Assembly (NCBI RefSeq): GCF_040938485.1
Contig: NW_027270926.1
Location: forward strand, 1,860,001 to 1,924,000
Length of the DNA: 64,000 nucleotides
Source of the DNA: Diadema antillarum
Taxonomy: Eukaryota
Direction: 5' to 3'
The notes under the pieces were generated by a model. It did not search any database. It saw only the letters and a list, made by a program, of their open reading frames with translations, and was not told the DNA's origin. Positions 24,901-36,335 of the stretch are shown in pieces. A program made the position numbers and the translations under genes. The first letter of the stretch is position 1, and each line of letters begins with the position of its first letter.

Positions 24901-27856
24901 AGTAACTGCATTGTTTGTATTCTGTGGTAATGTGGGTTTCTGTAGTACAGATATCCCTTCCTGATTTTTCTGGTTTATCAAGGTGAAAGATCCCTTTCAA
25001 TGGAAGTGATGAATAATATGTTTGACTTGTTTAATACAAATGTTTCTTTTTATGGTCATAGTGGAATATTCATCAGAGAGACATGAGTCATAATATTTTC
25101 AAAGGTGATTATGGGATATATGCTTGAAGAACGTAAACATATAAAAATAATGATGTTTCTTGAAGTTTAGGATATTTTTTTCCTCAAATTAAGCATTTAT
25201 AATCAATATGTTGATTGACACAAACAAGTAATCAGCGATTTGTGCTAACTAGCAAGCATTCATTCGGTATGATGGAAATAAAAATGGAAAGTGTCTGCAT
25301 TCCCGTGCATATTTGTCACTCGTTTTTGTTACATGTCCAGGTGTCCACTCAGAAAGCAGAATTATGACTACTGCATCTACCTCCTTAGTGTGCTGTATCA
25401 CGAAGCATGGGTGAGTTATGATAGCATTACACACTGCATAGGATTATGATGGATTTCTTACGTGAATGTATGCATGTGTGTGTGTCAGTATGTGTGATTA
25501 TGTATGTGTGAATTCCTGTAAGCATTACTCAGTTACAAACCACCTCTCACTATTATGCTTTGCACTATTATCGATTTGGGTGTGCACACTTATTTTCAGG
25601 GAATCGTGTCTATTCGCTCAACCAAAGATGTACAGTTTGAATATAAACTTGTACAAACACTATGTCCCTCATTTGTCATGTATCAAATGAGATCAGTTTG
25701 TGCTTGTAGAATAGAACTGCTCGAATCATCAATTTCAAACAATTCTGAGGAGATGACTGGAGATGCTAGGCCATCTGTTTGTTTTCATATACACCATTAT
25801 CCTTGTAACAACATCAACAAATGAAAATGTTATGTATTCATGTCTGCTAGTTGTGCTAGAGTTGTATATTATAGACTAGAAATGTTGCTTTGGCGACTGG
25901 TATGCCTCCGCATTAATGCATGATTTTCCCAATAGGTCTAGATAGTACATGTGGACAGTGTGTGATTACATTTTCACAAAATTGGCAAAATATTGAAATG
26001 ACAAGTTTGTCACAAATGTGTTCAATGTTGACCTTCCATGACCTAGGTTTAATTGGATGAATAGGAGAGCATGTATTTGGGGATTTAAAGACTTTAACTT
26101 GACTTTGACCCATTCACACATTTATGCATTGAGTAATTTTCAAGGTACCAGTATGGAGAAAAAGTGCTATTTCTGAATTGAATAGTAAATTGTTACCATT
26201 TTCATCTGGCCTTTGACCCTAAAATTCATAAGATAATCACTTTCAGGTAAAACATGCATAATATGTACTAAGTTTCAAGATAACTTGAGCCACTTTCGAG
26301 ATATGGAGGAAAAAGTTAGTTCAGCACTTTCACTTGATCTTTGACCTTTTGACCTTTGAGGCAAAAAAAAGAAGAAAAAAAAAATTTCCAGAGAATTTCT
26401 ATTAGGTTACACATGCATACACCAAGTGTAAAAAAAAAAATAACCCTGCTGGCATTGCATAAATATGAGGGAAATAGTAAAATTTTGAAGTGTTGCACTT
26501 GACCTTTGACCCCTGACCTTTGACCCCATGAACCCTACATTCTCTAGATAATCACTTCCAGTCAGTACATGTATATACTATGTTCCATGAAGATACCTTG
26601 AACAATTTTCCAAGTTACGGAGAAAACAAAGAAGTTTTAATATTTTTACTTGACCTTTTGACCTTTGACCTTTGACCTCATGACCCAAACTTTCACCAGA
26701 GAATCTTAATTGGGTAATACATGTATACACTAAGTTTCAAGAAAATATCTTCAGGCATTCAATAGATATGGTGGAAATAGTGAAATTTTATGTATTTGAC
26801 CCTGACCTTTTGACCTTTGACCTTGTGACCCAAACTTTCACCAGAGAATCTTAATTGGGTAATACATACCATGTATACACTAAGTTTCAAGAAAATCTCT
26901 TCTGGCATTCACTAGATATGGTGGAAATAGTGACATTTTATGTATTTGACCCTGACCTTTTGACCTTTGACCTTGTGACCCAAACTTTCACCAGAGAATC
27001 TAAATTGGGTAATACATACCATGTATACACTAAGTTTCAAGAAAATCTCTTCTGGCATTCAATAGATATGGTGGAAATAGTGACATTTTATGTATTTGAC
27101 CTTGACCTTTGACCTTGAGCATGTGCACCCAAAAGTTGATAGGCACAACTTCACCCCCTAATACATATACATGCCAAGTTTCATTAGGATACCTCAAGAG
27201 GTTTTGATAGTTACCTTGTCTACAAAATTCATTACGGACGGACGGACGGACGGACGGACAACCCGAAAACATAATGCCTCCGGCACCACTTCGTGGCGGA
27301 GGCATAAAAACAGCTCAAACTTTTACAGTGTGCAGATTGTAGTGCCCGAAGAAGTTAAGTATGCTCTTTTGTCATCACTTTAAGATCACCGAACCGTGGG
27401 AGTCTGAGATCACCGATGAGGACATGGAGAAGTATGTGTGGGACATCAGTCCTTCCAAGCAGGCCATCATCAGCACATTGGCAAGGATCAGAAATAAAGT
27501 AAGTTTGATAGAGGCCGCCTATGGGGGTGCCATTGGGTCTTGGGAGTGTCAAGCAAGGTGCAAATGGAGATGTAACAGTATTGACAAGTACACACATGAA
27601 AAGTTATGTTTTTATTTTCAGCATCCATTTATAATCTTTTCAAATTCTCTCTTCTCTCACTATCCAATAGGATGCCACTGTGGCTGATGTAGATGAAGAA
27701 ACAGAGCGTCAGATTTTGGACAGTGAGGATGTCCAGACTTACAAGGACTGTGTTTCAGACATTAGGAATGCCGGGGAGTCTGTGGAATCACTGGAGAGGT
27801 ACAAGGATGCAGTGCTCAAACTGGTTCATGGAAAAGCGCCCTCTGGAGAAAGCTGA
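18948..27856 (+). CDS. MRPS35: 28S mitochondrial ribosomal protein S35, spliced, 359 aa
   Basis: Exons 18948-19107, 22141-22211, 22674-22841 ([28 protein letters not shown]), 23172-23232 ([20 protein letters not shown]), 24002-24141, 24760-24869, 25341-25410 ([24 protein letters not shown]), 27385-27498, 27671-27856 (ends GKAPSGES*). GT-AG introns, phases consistent, 1080 nt. The S/R-rich N-terminus resembles a mitochondrial presequence. Confidence 0.94.
19290..20041 (-). mobile_element. Non-autonomous DNA transposon, copy B (752 bp), inverted relative to copy A
   Basis: Same ggcaattgtgca...tgcacaattgcc TIRs with its own 8-bp TSD gtctgtta (19282-19289 and 20042-20049). Colinear reverse complement of 13610-14437 with a ~75-bp indel. 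Confidence 0.92.
20099..21517. mobile_element. TIR element with an internal ~640-bp tandem duplication
   Basis: 23-bp TIR agagtaaaagccccaattttcgg (20099-20121) / ccgaaaattggggcttttactct (21495-21517). Blocks ~20240-20868 and ~20869-21518 are diverged direct copies, each ending in a right TIR. Confidence 0.8.
25875..27310 (+). mobile_element. Helentron/HINE (DINE-1-like) non-autonomous element in MRPS35 intron 7
   Basis: 5' atgcctccgc (25902-25911), many tgacctttgacc motifs, a 145-150 bp tandem array (~26640-27115), (GACG)n at 27234-27259, and a 3' hairpin atgcctccg-gcaccacttcgtgg-cggaggcat (27274-27305) followed by an A-run. Confidence 0.75.
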
Positions 27857-28614
27857 AATGCAATGGATTGTCAAATCTGAACTCTTCCTCGGCAGTATAA
27901 GTTCATTCTGCTTGCTGCTGCTGGGTATACAAGGTTTATCATTGAATGACAGATGAATATTCATGTGCCAGAATCCGTGTGCTTCTTCCCATCAACAGCA
28001 ACCAGAAAAGGAGTGAAAAATGACCAACTTTGGTAGACAGTATTCCTTTGTGTAGTTACAACAGAGCTTGAATGCGATGTATGAAAAGTTTTCTCACTTG
28101 AAATCTCTGGATCATGATACTTCTACATTCACCCATACTGACTCGGACAAGGCCATAGAGAAAGAATGATATTGTAGTGATATTCATGTAATTTATTACA
28201 TACAGAATGTATTATCAGTCACTTATTGGTTGTCAAGATGTCTTTAACTGTGTGTGCCATGGTGTAGACCCCCTGTGTGCCACATTATTCTGAGACGGCA
28301 GCACTGATACCTACTGGGTCCTTTATTTTCCTTAGAAGTGATGGCTTTTGGAAATCAAAGCAGATAACTAATCTTGTTATCTTGCTGAATGATTAAATGA
28401 CCCAATTGACCTTTTTGAATAATGTAAACATATAAGATATAGATGCAATCATTGGGTGTACCTTGCAGAGCCAAGGTTGAATTCAAAGTTCTGCAGCTGA
28501 CTGTACAACCTTAGAATCTGACTGAAGTCTCTCTAATGTCTCTCAAAGGACAAATCATGGATAGGTGATGTTTGGGTAAGTTTGACAAACTCTCACTGAA
28601 TGAGGTGTAAATAA

Positions 28615-30284
28615 CTGACAGATAAGGGGCACCGTTTGAATCCCATTGTAAACTGAGATAATTTGCTGTTTAGCAAGTTTTCATTCGATTTCTGTTACAG
28701 TACCCAAATTTCGTACTTGGGGAAACTCTGTAGAGCCGAAAACTGTAGAAAAATGGGCTACACTGTCACACATGATAGCAACCGTAAGAGTGACAAAATG
28801 GCTGAGACGGGTATCTTGCAAGTAAACACGAAATCTGCTGTACTGCACACATTCATATGATGTTGCAGCGGTCAGCATTCCACTTTTATCGTGGCGCTTG
28901 TAGCAGTAGTACATCTCTCTTGAAAACGTTGCCAAAACGAATCCACAATTTGTTGAACGAACTGGAACTGATGTCTAAAATTTTTTGCTGCCTGGAAAGG
29001 TCTTTGTGCTACATTCCCATTTGCCCGTCCTGGCAGTAGGCCATTTGGGCTCAGATGGCAACCATCATTTGGGTCGGTTTGGATTCTTCTGATTGGCCTT
29101 TGATTTACCAATTTGGCAGTTTCCAGGAGGCAGGTATATGATTCAAATGGTGTTAATACATGTACCTGATCACTAATTGCCTTTCTTTGTGCGTACTTAC
29201 AGCTCTTCACTAAGGCTTCTGCACATCTGTGTTGATGATGTGTCCCTCGTGTAATTGGTATAATGAACTTCAAGTTTGTGCTTTTTTTGGCACAAAAATC
29301 CTTTAGCTCCTCCGCCGACCATCTTTTGATCATGTTCCTGAGTTAGCTGCGTACCATTGTCACCGAGTATCATTTTAGGTTGACCCCTCAATGAGAAGAA
29401 GTGATGCAAGACTTGTGGGAACTCCCGTGATAAGCACTTAACCACAAGCTCTTGGTGTAATGCCCTCATGCTCAAACATCTAAGTAGAACTCCATGATAT
29501 TTGTGGGTTTTGTTTCATCCTGCTTTTATCCCGAAGGATCCAATATAATCACATGCAGTGAAGTGGAAAGTCGGTGTGTTAACGGCTAGTCTCTCTTCAG
29601 GCAATTCCGCCATTTCCTATGTTTCCCTTTTATGCACGCACTTCCCACGCCTTCAATCAGTTCTGGTGGTTTACCCTGCAGACTTGTGCGCAGAATAGTT
29701 ACCGGTACACAGTCCCTCTTCTTGTATCTTGACTCAACAAGATGCTTGAAGTCCGATTTGAAGGTTTGATACTCTCTGACATCTCCCCCCCCCCCCCCAC
29801 CAAAAAAAACAAAAAAAAAACATGGCAGCTTAGGTTTCTCTATCTGCACTATACAGGCTGTCATTCCTCTCAAATCTGCCCTGGAGCTATCAGCTACGTC
29901 GTCATCATCGGCATTCTCTGTGCAGTTGACAGCCTTCATCTTCATTTTCATGAAGGTGTTCATGCAGTCGTCCATCTATGCCTGCTCAGCTTCAAATGTC
30001 ATCATGTAAAACCTTGCATTAGGCATCATGCTTGGCTTGCACGCCTTTGTAAACTGTCATAAGAAGTTCACTGCAATTTTCCCCTACCTCTTTATGTGAT
30101 CTTCTATTGTCCAGCAACTCCTGGAGTGCATTTGCACACCTTGTAAACTTCCCCTTTGCCGTTTTCTTCAGCTTCAGCTCTGCTGCTGAGGTTTCAGGCA
30201 TCTTGTCCGTTTGTCATTGAACTAGTCCTGTTGAAGCAGAAATCGAATGCGATGAACAGCCGACAGATAAGGGGCACCATTTGA
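28615..30284 (-). mobile_element. Decayed, internally deleted BEL/Pao LTR retrotransposon (gag fragment fused to integrase)
   Basis: Gag start MPETSAAELKLKKTAKGKFTR (30201). DUF1759-type EKPKLP..GDVREYQTFKSDFKHLVESRY. Integrase remnants RGQPKMILGDNGTQL, NQRPI, QQIVDSFWQRF, GKVRN. Many stops and frameshifts. Confidence 0.88.
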
Positions 30285-30504
30285 CGATGTAATTTCAAGT
30301 GGACATAGAGTAAGTTATAATCTTGAAGCCTGCAGTTCGATATTATTATCACCAGGAAATGCCTCAAGCTGTCACTGATGTATTTCTCTGTGAGATCCGT
30401 CATGTCAACATTGCAAAAGAGGTCAGCAATATTAATACTTGAGCATTCACGCCTAGCGGCTTGGTCCTGTGAATGGGAAAGATGTAGGAGGTTTTGAGCT
30501 TGTC

Positions 30505-30826
30505 TTATCGTGAATTGACATTACCAGAGCTTGAAGCACAATCCTCAGAAGGAGCTTCACAGAGTTTAACTGGTATTTTCTTTGGGATTTTTATCTTCCC
30601 TAATTCCGAAGATGCGATAAAGCTGCGTTGGTCAGGCCGCTCCTTAACCTTACCAGTAGTACTAGCTGTACTCTTCTTTGTTACCATACCGGCATCGCAG
30701 GAGGGAGGCAGCTCTTATGTCATAGCACATTCGTCTGACCCATGTGTTGTGCGTATAGAGGGGTCATGCTGGTCTTTCAAGAAATTCATCTCGTCAAATA
30801 AAGCAAATGTAACTTGAAACTTGATA
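30505..30826 (-). pseudogene. Possible decayed MADF/Myb-SANT-like coding remnant
   Basis: A minus frame reads QVTFALFDEMNFLKDQHDPS...*ELPP...KKSTASTTGKVKERP. The F-x-x-F-x-x-M-x-F-L-x-D pattern resembles the end of MADF domains. One internal stop; weak. Confidence 0.3.
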
Positions 30827-31110
30827 AAACCTTGTCAGATCAGTCCCAAGTAGTCAAATTGACCGTAGATGGGGAATATTTGTGCGAGGAAAGTACATAA
30901 TGTGCACAACTAAAACTAATCCAGAAAAAAAGAACTCGGGAGCTTGCATGAGTTACTCCAGCCAAACCCAAATGCATTGCTGAATCACGCGTATGGTTTC
31001 TCCTATTATTACACATATGCATCATAGTCTCTTCCTTTGCCTCCCTCATAAAATGATTTTTAAAGTTTCAAATGGGTAAGTTCTAATTTAAATTTTTAGT
31101 TAATAGACCT

Positions 31111-31228
31111 GGGCCCTGTTTTATGAAGAGTTAAAATTGATTATATAGTTGATTTCAACTGTAAGTCTATGGCAGCTTGTGTAGTGAGGAAATTTAAAAT
31201 CGATTTTATCTTTTGATAAAACGGGGCC
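31111..31228. mobile_element. ~120-bp MITE, copy 2 (inverted relative to 11884-12006)
   Basis: gggccctgttttatgaagag...ttttgataaaacggggccc is the reverse complement of copy 1. Confidence 0.75.
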
Positions 31229-32868
31229 CAGATGAAGAACGATGGTTAAGGCTAAAGTGATGAGTAACAGATCTTTAAATCTTCACTGTCTGCATTGTTA
31301 ATGGCAAGCTTTGTAAGTCCATGCATTGTTGATAATTATGAAAAAAACATTTGTGTCACATGAGGGTTTCTTTGTTTCGTATAAGTTTGCTCAGTGTATC
31401 AAATTGCCTCATATTCAGTCGTGAAACAAATATCTAGCACTAAAAGTATGTTGACATGAATGTGCATGTGACTTTATCAGTTCTTTGTGCCATGCAGTGT
31501 ATGAGTGCATGCCTCCTTACTACTCAGTTTGTTGAACTCAGTCGAGTTGATTGCCCCTGTCGGTGAGATACCTTCATGCGTCATTCTGTGATGTGTGCAA
31601 GGTGGATTTTGAACTGTTGGCAAATATAAACAATGTTGGAGAGTATGACAATGGAACTGTGAAATGGGATAGAAAATATTCCTGTGTAACGCAGAAATAT
31701 CATGGAATACACTCACTTTTCCCCTACCCAAAGTAAGGTTTTAACGTTCTATTACTCCTTATACCCGGTAGGTATAATCATTATGCATAAATGTACTATA
31801 TGTACACTGTAAGTGCAATGTACACTGTAAACACATGCATTGTAATAACTTCCATTGATGTTTAATCTTTGATTCTGGTGTCTGATTGATTGGTATCCTT
31901 GACAAATATGATTTGCCAAAGATCAAATATTATTTGTTTTCCAAGAGTCAACCAACAGTATGAAAGTTGACAGTTTTATGTAGATTATTAAGAGAAGAAG
32001 GAAACTGTTGACATCATCAGATCAGTTGTATTGTTGGCCTGCCTTTTTGGTGTCATGTGATAGATTCCACAAGATTCTCTTTTTATAGTTTGGGTGAGAC
32101 TATCACCTCCCCTCCCCCCCCCCCCCCCCTTCTCCCTGCTACTTGCTAGAATCATTCTCATAGAGTTGTATGGCTTGTGAGTCAAAACGTCATAATGACA
32201 TTGTGACAGTTTACATCATAAATGTGTAATAGAGATTTTCTTGTGCAAAATAAGATCTATAGCATGCCAGTTTTTTTCGAATGGCTGTTGGAAGATGCCA
32301 AAAGTCATCAAGGAGAATATGAAACCATATTCTCGGAGAACTCTTTCTTCTGTGCGTTAAGTATTCAAGAAGTTAAACACTTATGCTTAGAAAAACTCTC
32401 TTGTTAGCGTCCACAAATGTCTCCCCAGAAAGTGAAATGCCAACCTACAGATTCATGTTTGAATCAAAATTGATGAATACAGTACAATTGAATATACAGA
32501 AAGGTAGGATTTTCATTAATATGTATGGCCTAGGTTAAAGAAAATGACAAAATTGTAGAGATTTCACACAGTTTCACAAAATGGATTATTTTAGTATTCA
32601 CAACCACATGAACAAGTCAGATGAGGTGATGATATCATCTTGTTGATCTGCACACAATTCTCCACTGCATTTCTTCTTTTTCTATTAAGGGAGATGAAAC
32701 CTGGATTAAGTGAAGGCAGCAATATTAGAAGAACGCATCCATGAAGTTTGAGGAAAATTACACAATCTGTTCAATAGGTAGGAATTTTAAAGTTTTTGTG
32801 CAGCCATCATAGGGTGAGAAGACTGCTACAGTTCGTGACATCATGTATGTGCAGCAATAGAAAGAAAT

Positions 32869-34647
32869 TGGCGCGCCCAAAGAGGGCGACAAAACAGACT
32901 GGTGCATGATATTCCGACTGCAGTTATCAGGAAAGGTTTACTATTACTCTTCATCTCTCGGATGGGCACTCTGTACTTCTGTGTTTGAAGACTTTCCTCT
33001 TATCCACCAATCTTGGTTATCGTGGTTGTAGTTGGCACCCCACTAAGCTGCATTTCTGAAGCCAGGTCTTGCCGAATCAAGCTGATCTGAGACCCTGAAT
33101 CCAAGAGCAGATTTCCCTTCCGTTTCGTTCCCTGGTTTCCATGCAGTTCCACTGTCACAAGTGGAAGTAAAGCACTAGTTGAGCTCACTGATGCTACTCC
33201 AACTCTGTTGTCATTGGTATTGCCTTGATTACCTGTACCCTCATCTTCTTTGTGCAGGAGCGGATGATGGTAGAATTTGCATCTCTCCCCATTCTTGACT
33301 TCAGGACATTGTTTTCTGCGTTTACAAGTAGACATATTGTGGTCTTTACTTGCCCTTTTCAAACAGCTGAAGCAAGCATGGTTATCTTTCATGTACTTCC
33401 ATCGTTCTCGTGGCGTGTTCTCCAACAATTTCCTGCATTGGTCAACCCAGTGAGTTGAAGTCTTGCAGATCCAACATCTGTGAGACTGTGGACGACTGTT
33501 CATCTGAGTTGATGTTTGGTATGGCTGTTTCCTGTCTAGAGAGCGTGCGACATGACCCACTGTTGACTGCGTACGATGATCACTTCGAAGGGGGTCTGTA
33601 TACATCTGATCCTGGTCTTCATTTCCACACTCATCCAATTTAGTAGCATTTGTAGTGGTGCAGGATCCTTTTGGCTTTCTTGATACCGGAACCAGACTTT
33701 CTTGTCATCAATCCACATCTTGCTCTCGACTAAGGATAACATGTGGCTATTGTTCATGTTGTACTCTTGTCCAGTCTCCTTTAAAGTGTCTTAGCTCCTT
33801 CTACGTAGATGGACTAGTTCACAAAAGTGGCCATCTTCATTTCCTTTCAGCGGTCTGAATCTATTGATGTCAGTTATTATGGCATCTGATACGAATCTTG
33901 GATCCCTGTAGATTGCGTCCAACTGCTCCCAGGCGGCGTCATAGTCCGATCTAATCCCTCGAATGATGTCTAACGGCTGACCCTGTAGGCCTGTACGAAG
34001 AATTGCGATGGCATCCCTCTTACTGTATCTTGATTCGACTAAGTGGACAAAGTCTGACCTAAAAACTCTGTAGTCTCTCACATTGCCCGAAAACTTGGGT
34101 AGCTTTGGTTTCTCTACGGCGCATGCTGAGGGACCAGGTGTGACAGGGGCTGGTGATACCTCTGGCGTAGACTCTACTGTCTCGTCAGCACTGCTTCTAG
34201 TCTAGTCGGTCACGGTGTAGTCTTTGACTGAAAGCTTGGTCTTCAAGAAACTCTCTTGACACTCGATGATCCACTTCTCTTCTTTCTCAAACTCGTTATC
34301 ATCTTCGACAGTTACGCTGTAAGCCTCATGAGCTTCTACAAGTCAGTATAAGCCTGCTCATATTTGTTGAATGCTGCTTCCAATTCTTTACGTGGTCTTT
34401 CCATGTCCATTATCGTCTTGACCTCTTGACCGAATCTGGTGAACCTGGCCTTGGCACCTTGGCGGCGTTTCAACTTCAGTGCATTACTGTCAGCCATGGT
34501 AGTTACTCAGCAAGGTGCCCCTCAGAAAGTGATGATGGTTACTCAGCAAAGCACCCCTCAGACCCTGAGTGGTGATTACTCAGCATAGCTCCCCGTAGAA
34601 CTTGAATGATGGCGCGCCCATAGAGGGTGACAAAACAGACTGATGCA
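32869..34647 (-). mobile_element. Decayed BEL/Pao retrotransposon fragment (gag, zinc knuckles, start of protease)
   Basis: ATG near 34498 gives MADSNALKLKRRQGAKARFTR. DUF1759-type VRDYRVFRSDFVHLVESRYSKRD. Cys/His knuckles CWICKTSTHWVDQC, CFSCLKRASKDHNMSTC, CKFYHHPLLH. Aspartyl protease LLDSGSQISLI. Broken by frameshifts and stops. Confidence 0.9.
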
Positions 34648-34648
34648 C

Positions 34649-34983
34649 CCGGGCTTGATCTGGATAATTACCGCTCTCATATTTATTCATTTATGCAGAA
34701 AATACTGTAATAACATATAAACATGTCGAACAAGGTTAAAGTGACAAAAGTCATGTTTATAAGTGCAAGCATGCACTATGCAATGAGTACAGGCTCCCTA
34801 TGAAGTGTGTATTAAGATAAACATGCAGTATACTACGTTGTATATGTGTATGTAATGTGGTTGCATTTACATTAATTTGTGATCTGAGTGATGAATTGCA
34901 TTACTATTAAAGGATGCTTTCATTTATATTTTCCAGCTTGAATAAACACTGTTGAGAGCGGTTATTATCCAGTTCAAGCCCGG
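34649..34983. repeat. ~335-bp segment with ~31-bp terminal inverted repeats abutting the BEL 5' end
   Basis: ccgggcttgatctggataattaccgctctca versus tgagagcggttattatccagttcaagcccgg. Confidence 0.75.
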
Positions 34984-36176
34984 ATGTGCCAGAAATGATA
35001 AAAAGAATTCAAACAAATTTCACTTTTTATAAAAAGTACACATTCCCTTGACTTATTACTAATATACTTAGGGGTTCCCTCTGCTGACTGAAAGGGGTAA
35101 GTGCTCTTTCATTGTGCTAGAAAAGTTAAAATGTGTTGAATTTTCTTTGTATATTTTCTTTATATTGTGTTCATACATAACATCACAGAGTGCTGGAGTC
35201 TTCTCATCCACCAATGGCCGCACCAAATTCATAACTTTTTTTTTTGATAACAGATTTCGATTTTCCTCAAATTTTTGCTGATGTGTTCTTCTAATATTGC
35301 TGTATTCCCTCAATTCACACATTTATTTGGGTTTCATTATCCTTTAAATAAAAGCAAGAGAACAAAGCACTGCCGATTGCATGAGGTGACTGTAGATTTG
35401 GAAAGACTTAGTATGACCACTGTTCAGAGTTGAGCTGTAGATGCTAAATAATGGACCAATAACTTCATTTTTTTTATAACAGCTTTAATTATGAGTTGAT
35501 ATGAATATTGTGAGGTTGTTGCTTCATCATGTCATCCAATTTGCACTATGTGTGATTCCAGGGAGGTGTCTCACCTCCCTGGTGATTCTGACCAATGTTG
35601 CCAGTTCGTGACATCTGAAAATATAGAATCCGTATTTTTTTTTTTTTTTTTTAAGCATGAAACTAAATACCAATCTGTGGTTTGTTTTACACTGTGTAAT
35701 CCAGTCTTTGCACAATGAAATGACATTTTGCTTGATGTTTTTGATTTTTACATGTAGGAATTGATGCACTTTGAGATAACGTTCCTGAAGAATGTAGGTT
35801 TCCACCGGAAGGTTTACATATAGATAATATATGAAAAATGACGTGATAAACATATAAATGACACAATTCTCTTTCACCTCACATCATGCAGAGCTGATGA
35901 AATAAAGCAGACTGAGTACTTTGAACTCTACATGTGTCATAGCTGTATACAATTGTAAGCGTGACTTATCTACATGAGAACATACTGAGAATGGGTTATT
36001 CACCTTCACTGAATGATATAATCACATTATACTACAAAGAACAAAGTACAAACTCTAGCTTACTTTTGTGACTCAGTGCAAGAAAAAAGAACATTCTTTA
36101 CAGAGAATTAAATGCACAGAACAGCAACATATCTATCTATCTTTCTGTCTATCCATCCATCTATTTAACTAACTTT

Positions 36177-36335
36177 NNNNNNNNNNNNNNNNNNNNNNNN
36201 NNNNNNNNNNNNNNNNNNNNNNNNNNNNNNNNNNNNNNNNNNNNNNNNNNNNNNNNNNNNNNNNNNNNNNNNNNNNNNNNNNNNNNNNNNNNNNNNNNNN
36301 NNNNNNNNNNNNNNNNNNNNNNNNNNNNNNNNNNN
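36177..36335. other. Assembly gap (159 N)
   Basis: Run of n; the left flank is a degenerate (TATC)n tract. Confidence 1.

Noticed and set aside
26640-27115. CRISPR-like repeat array
   Set aside because: The units are contiguous 145-150 bp tandem copies with no unique spacers, in a eukaryotic context.
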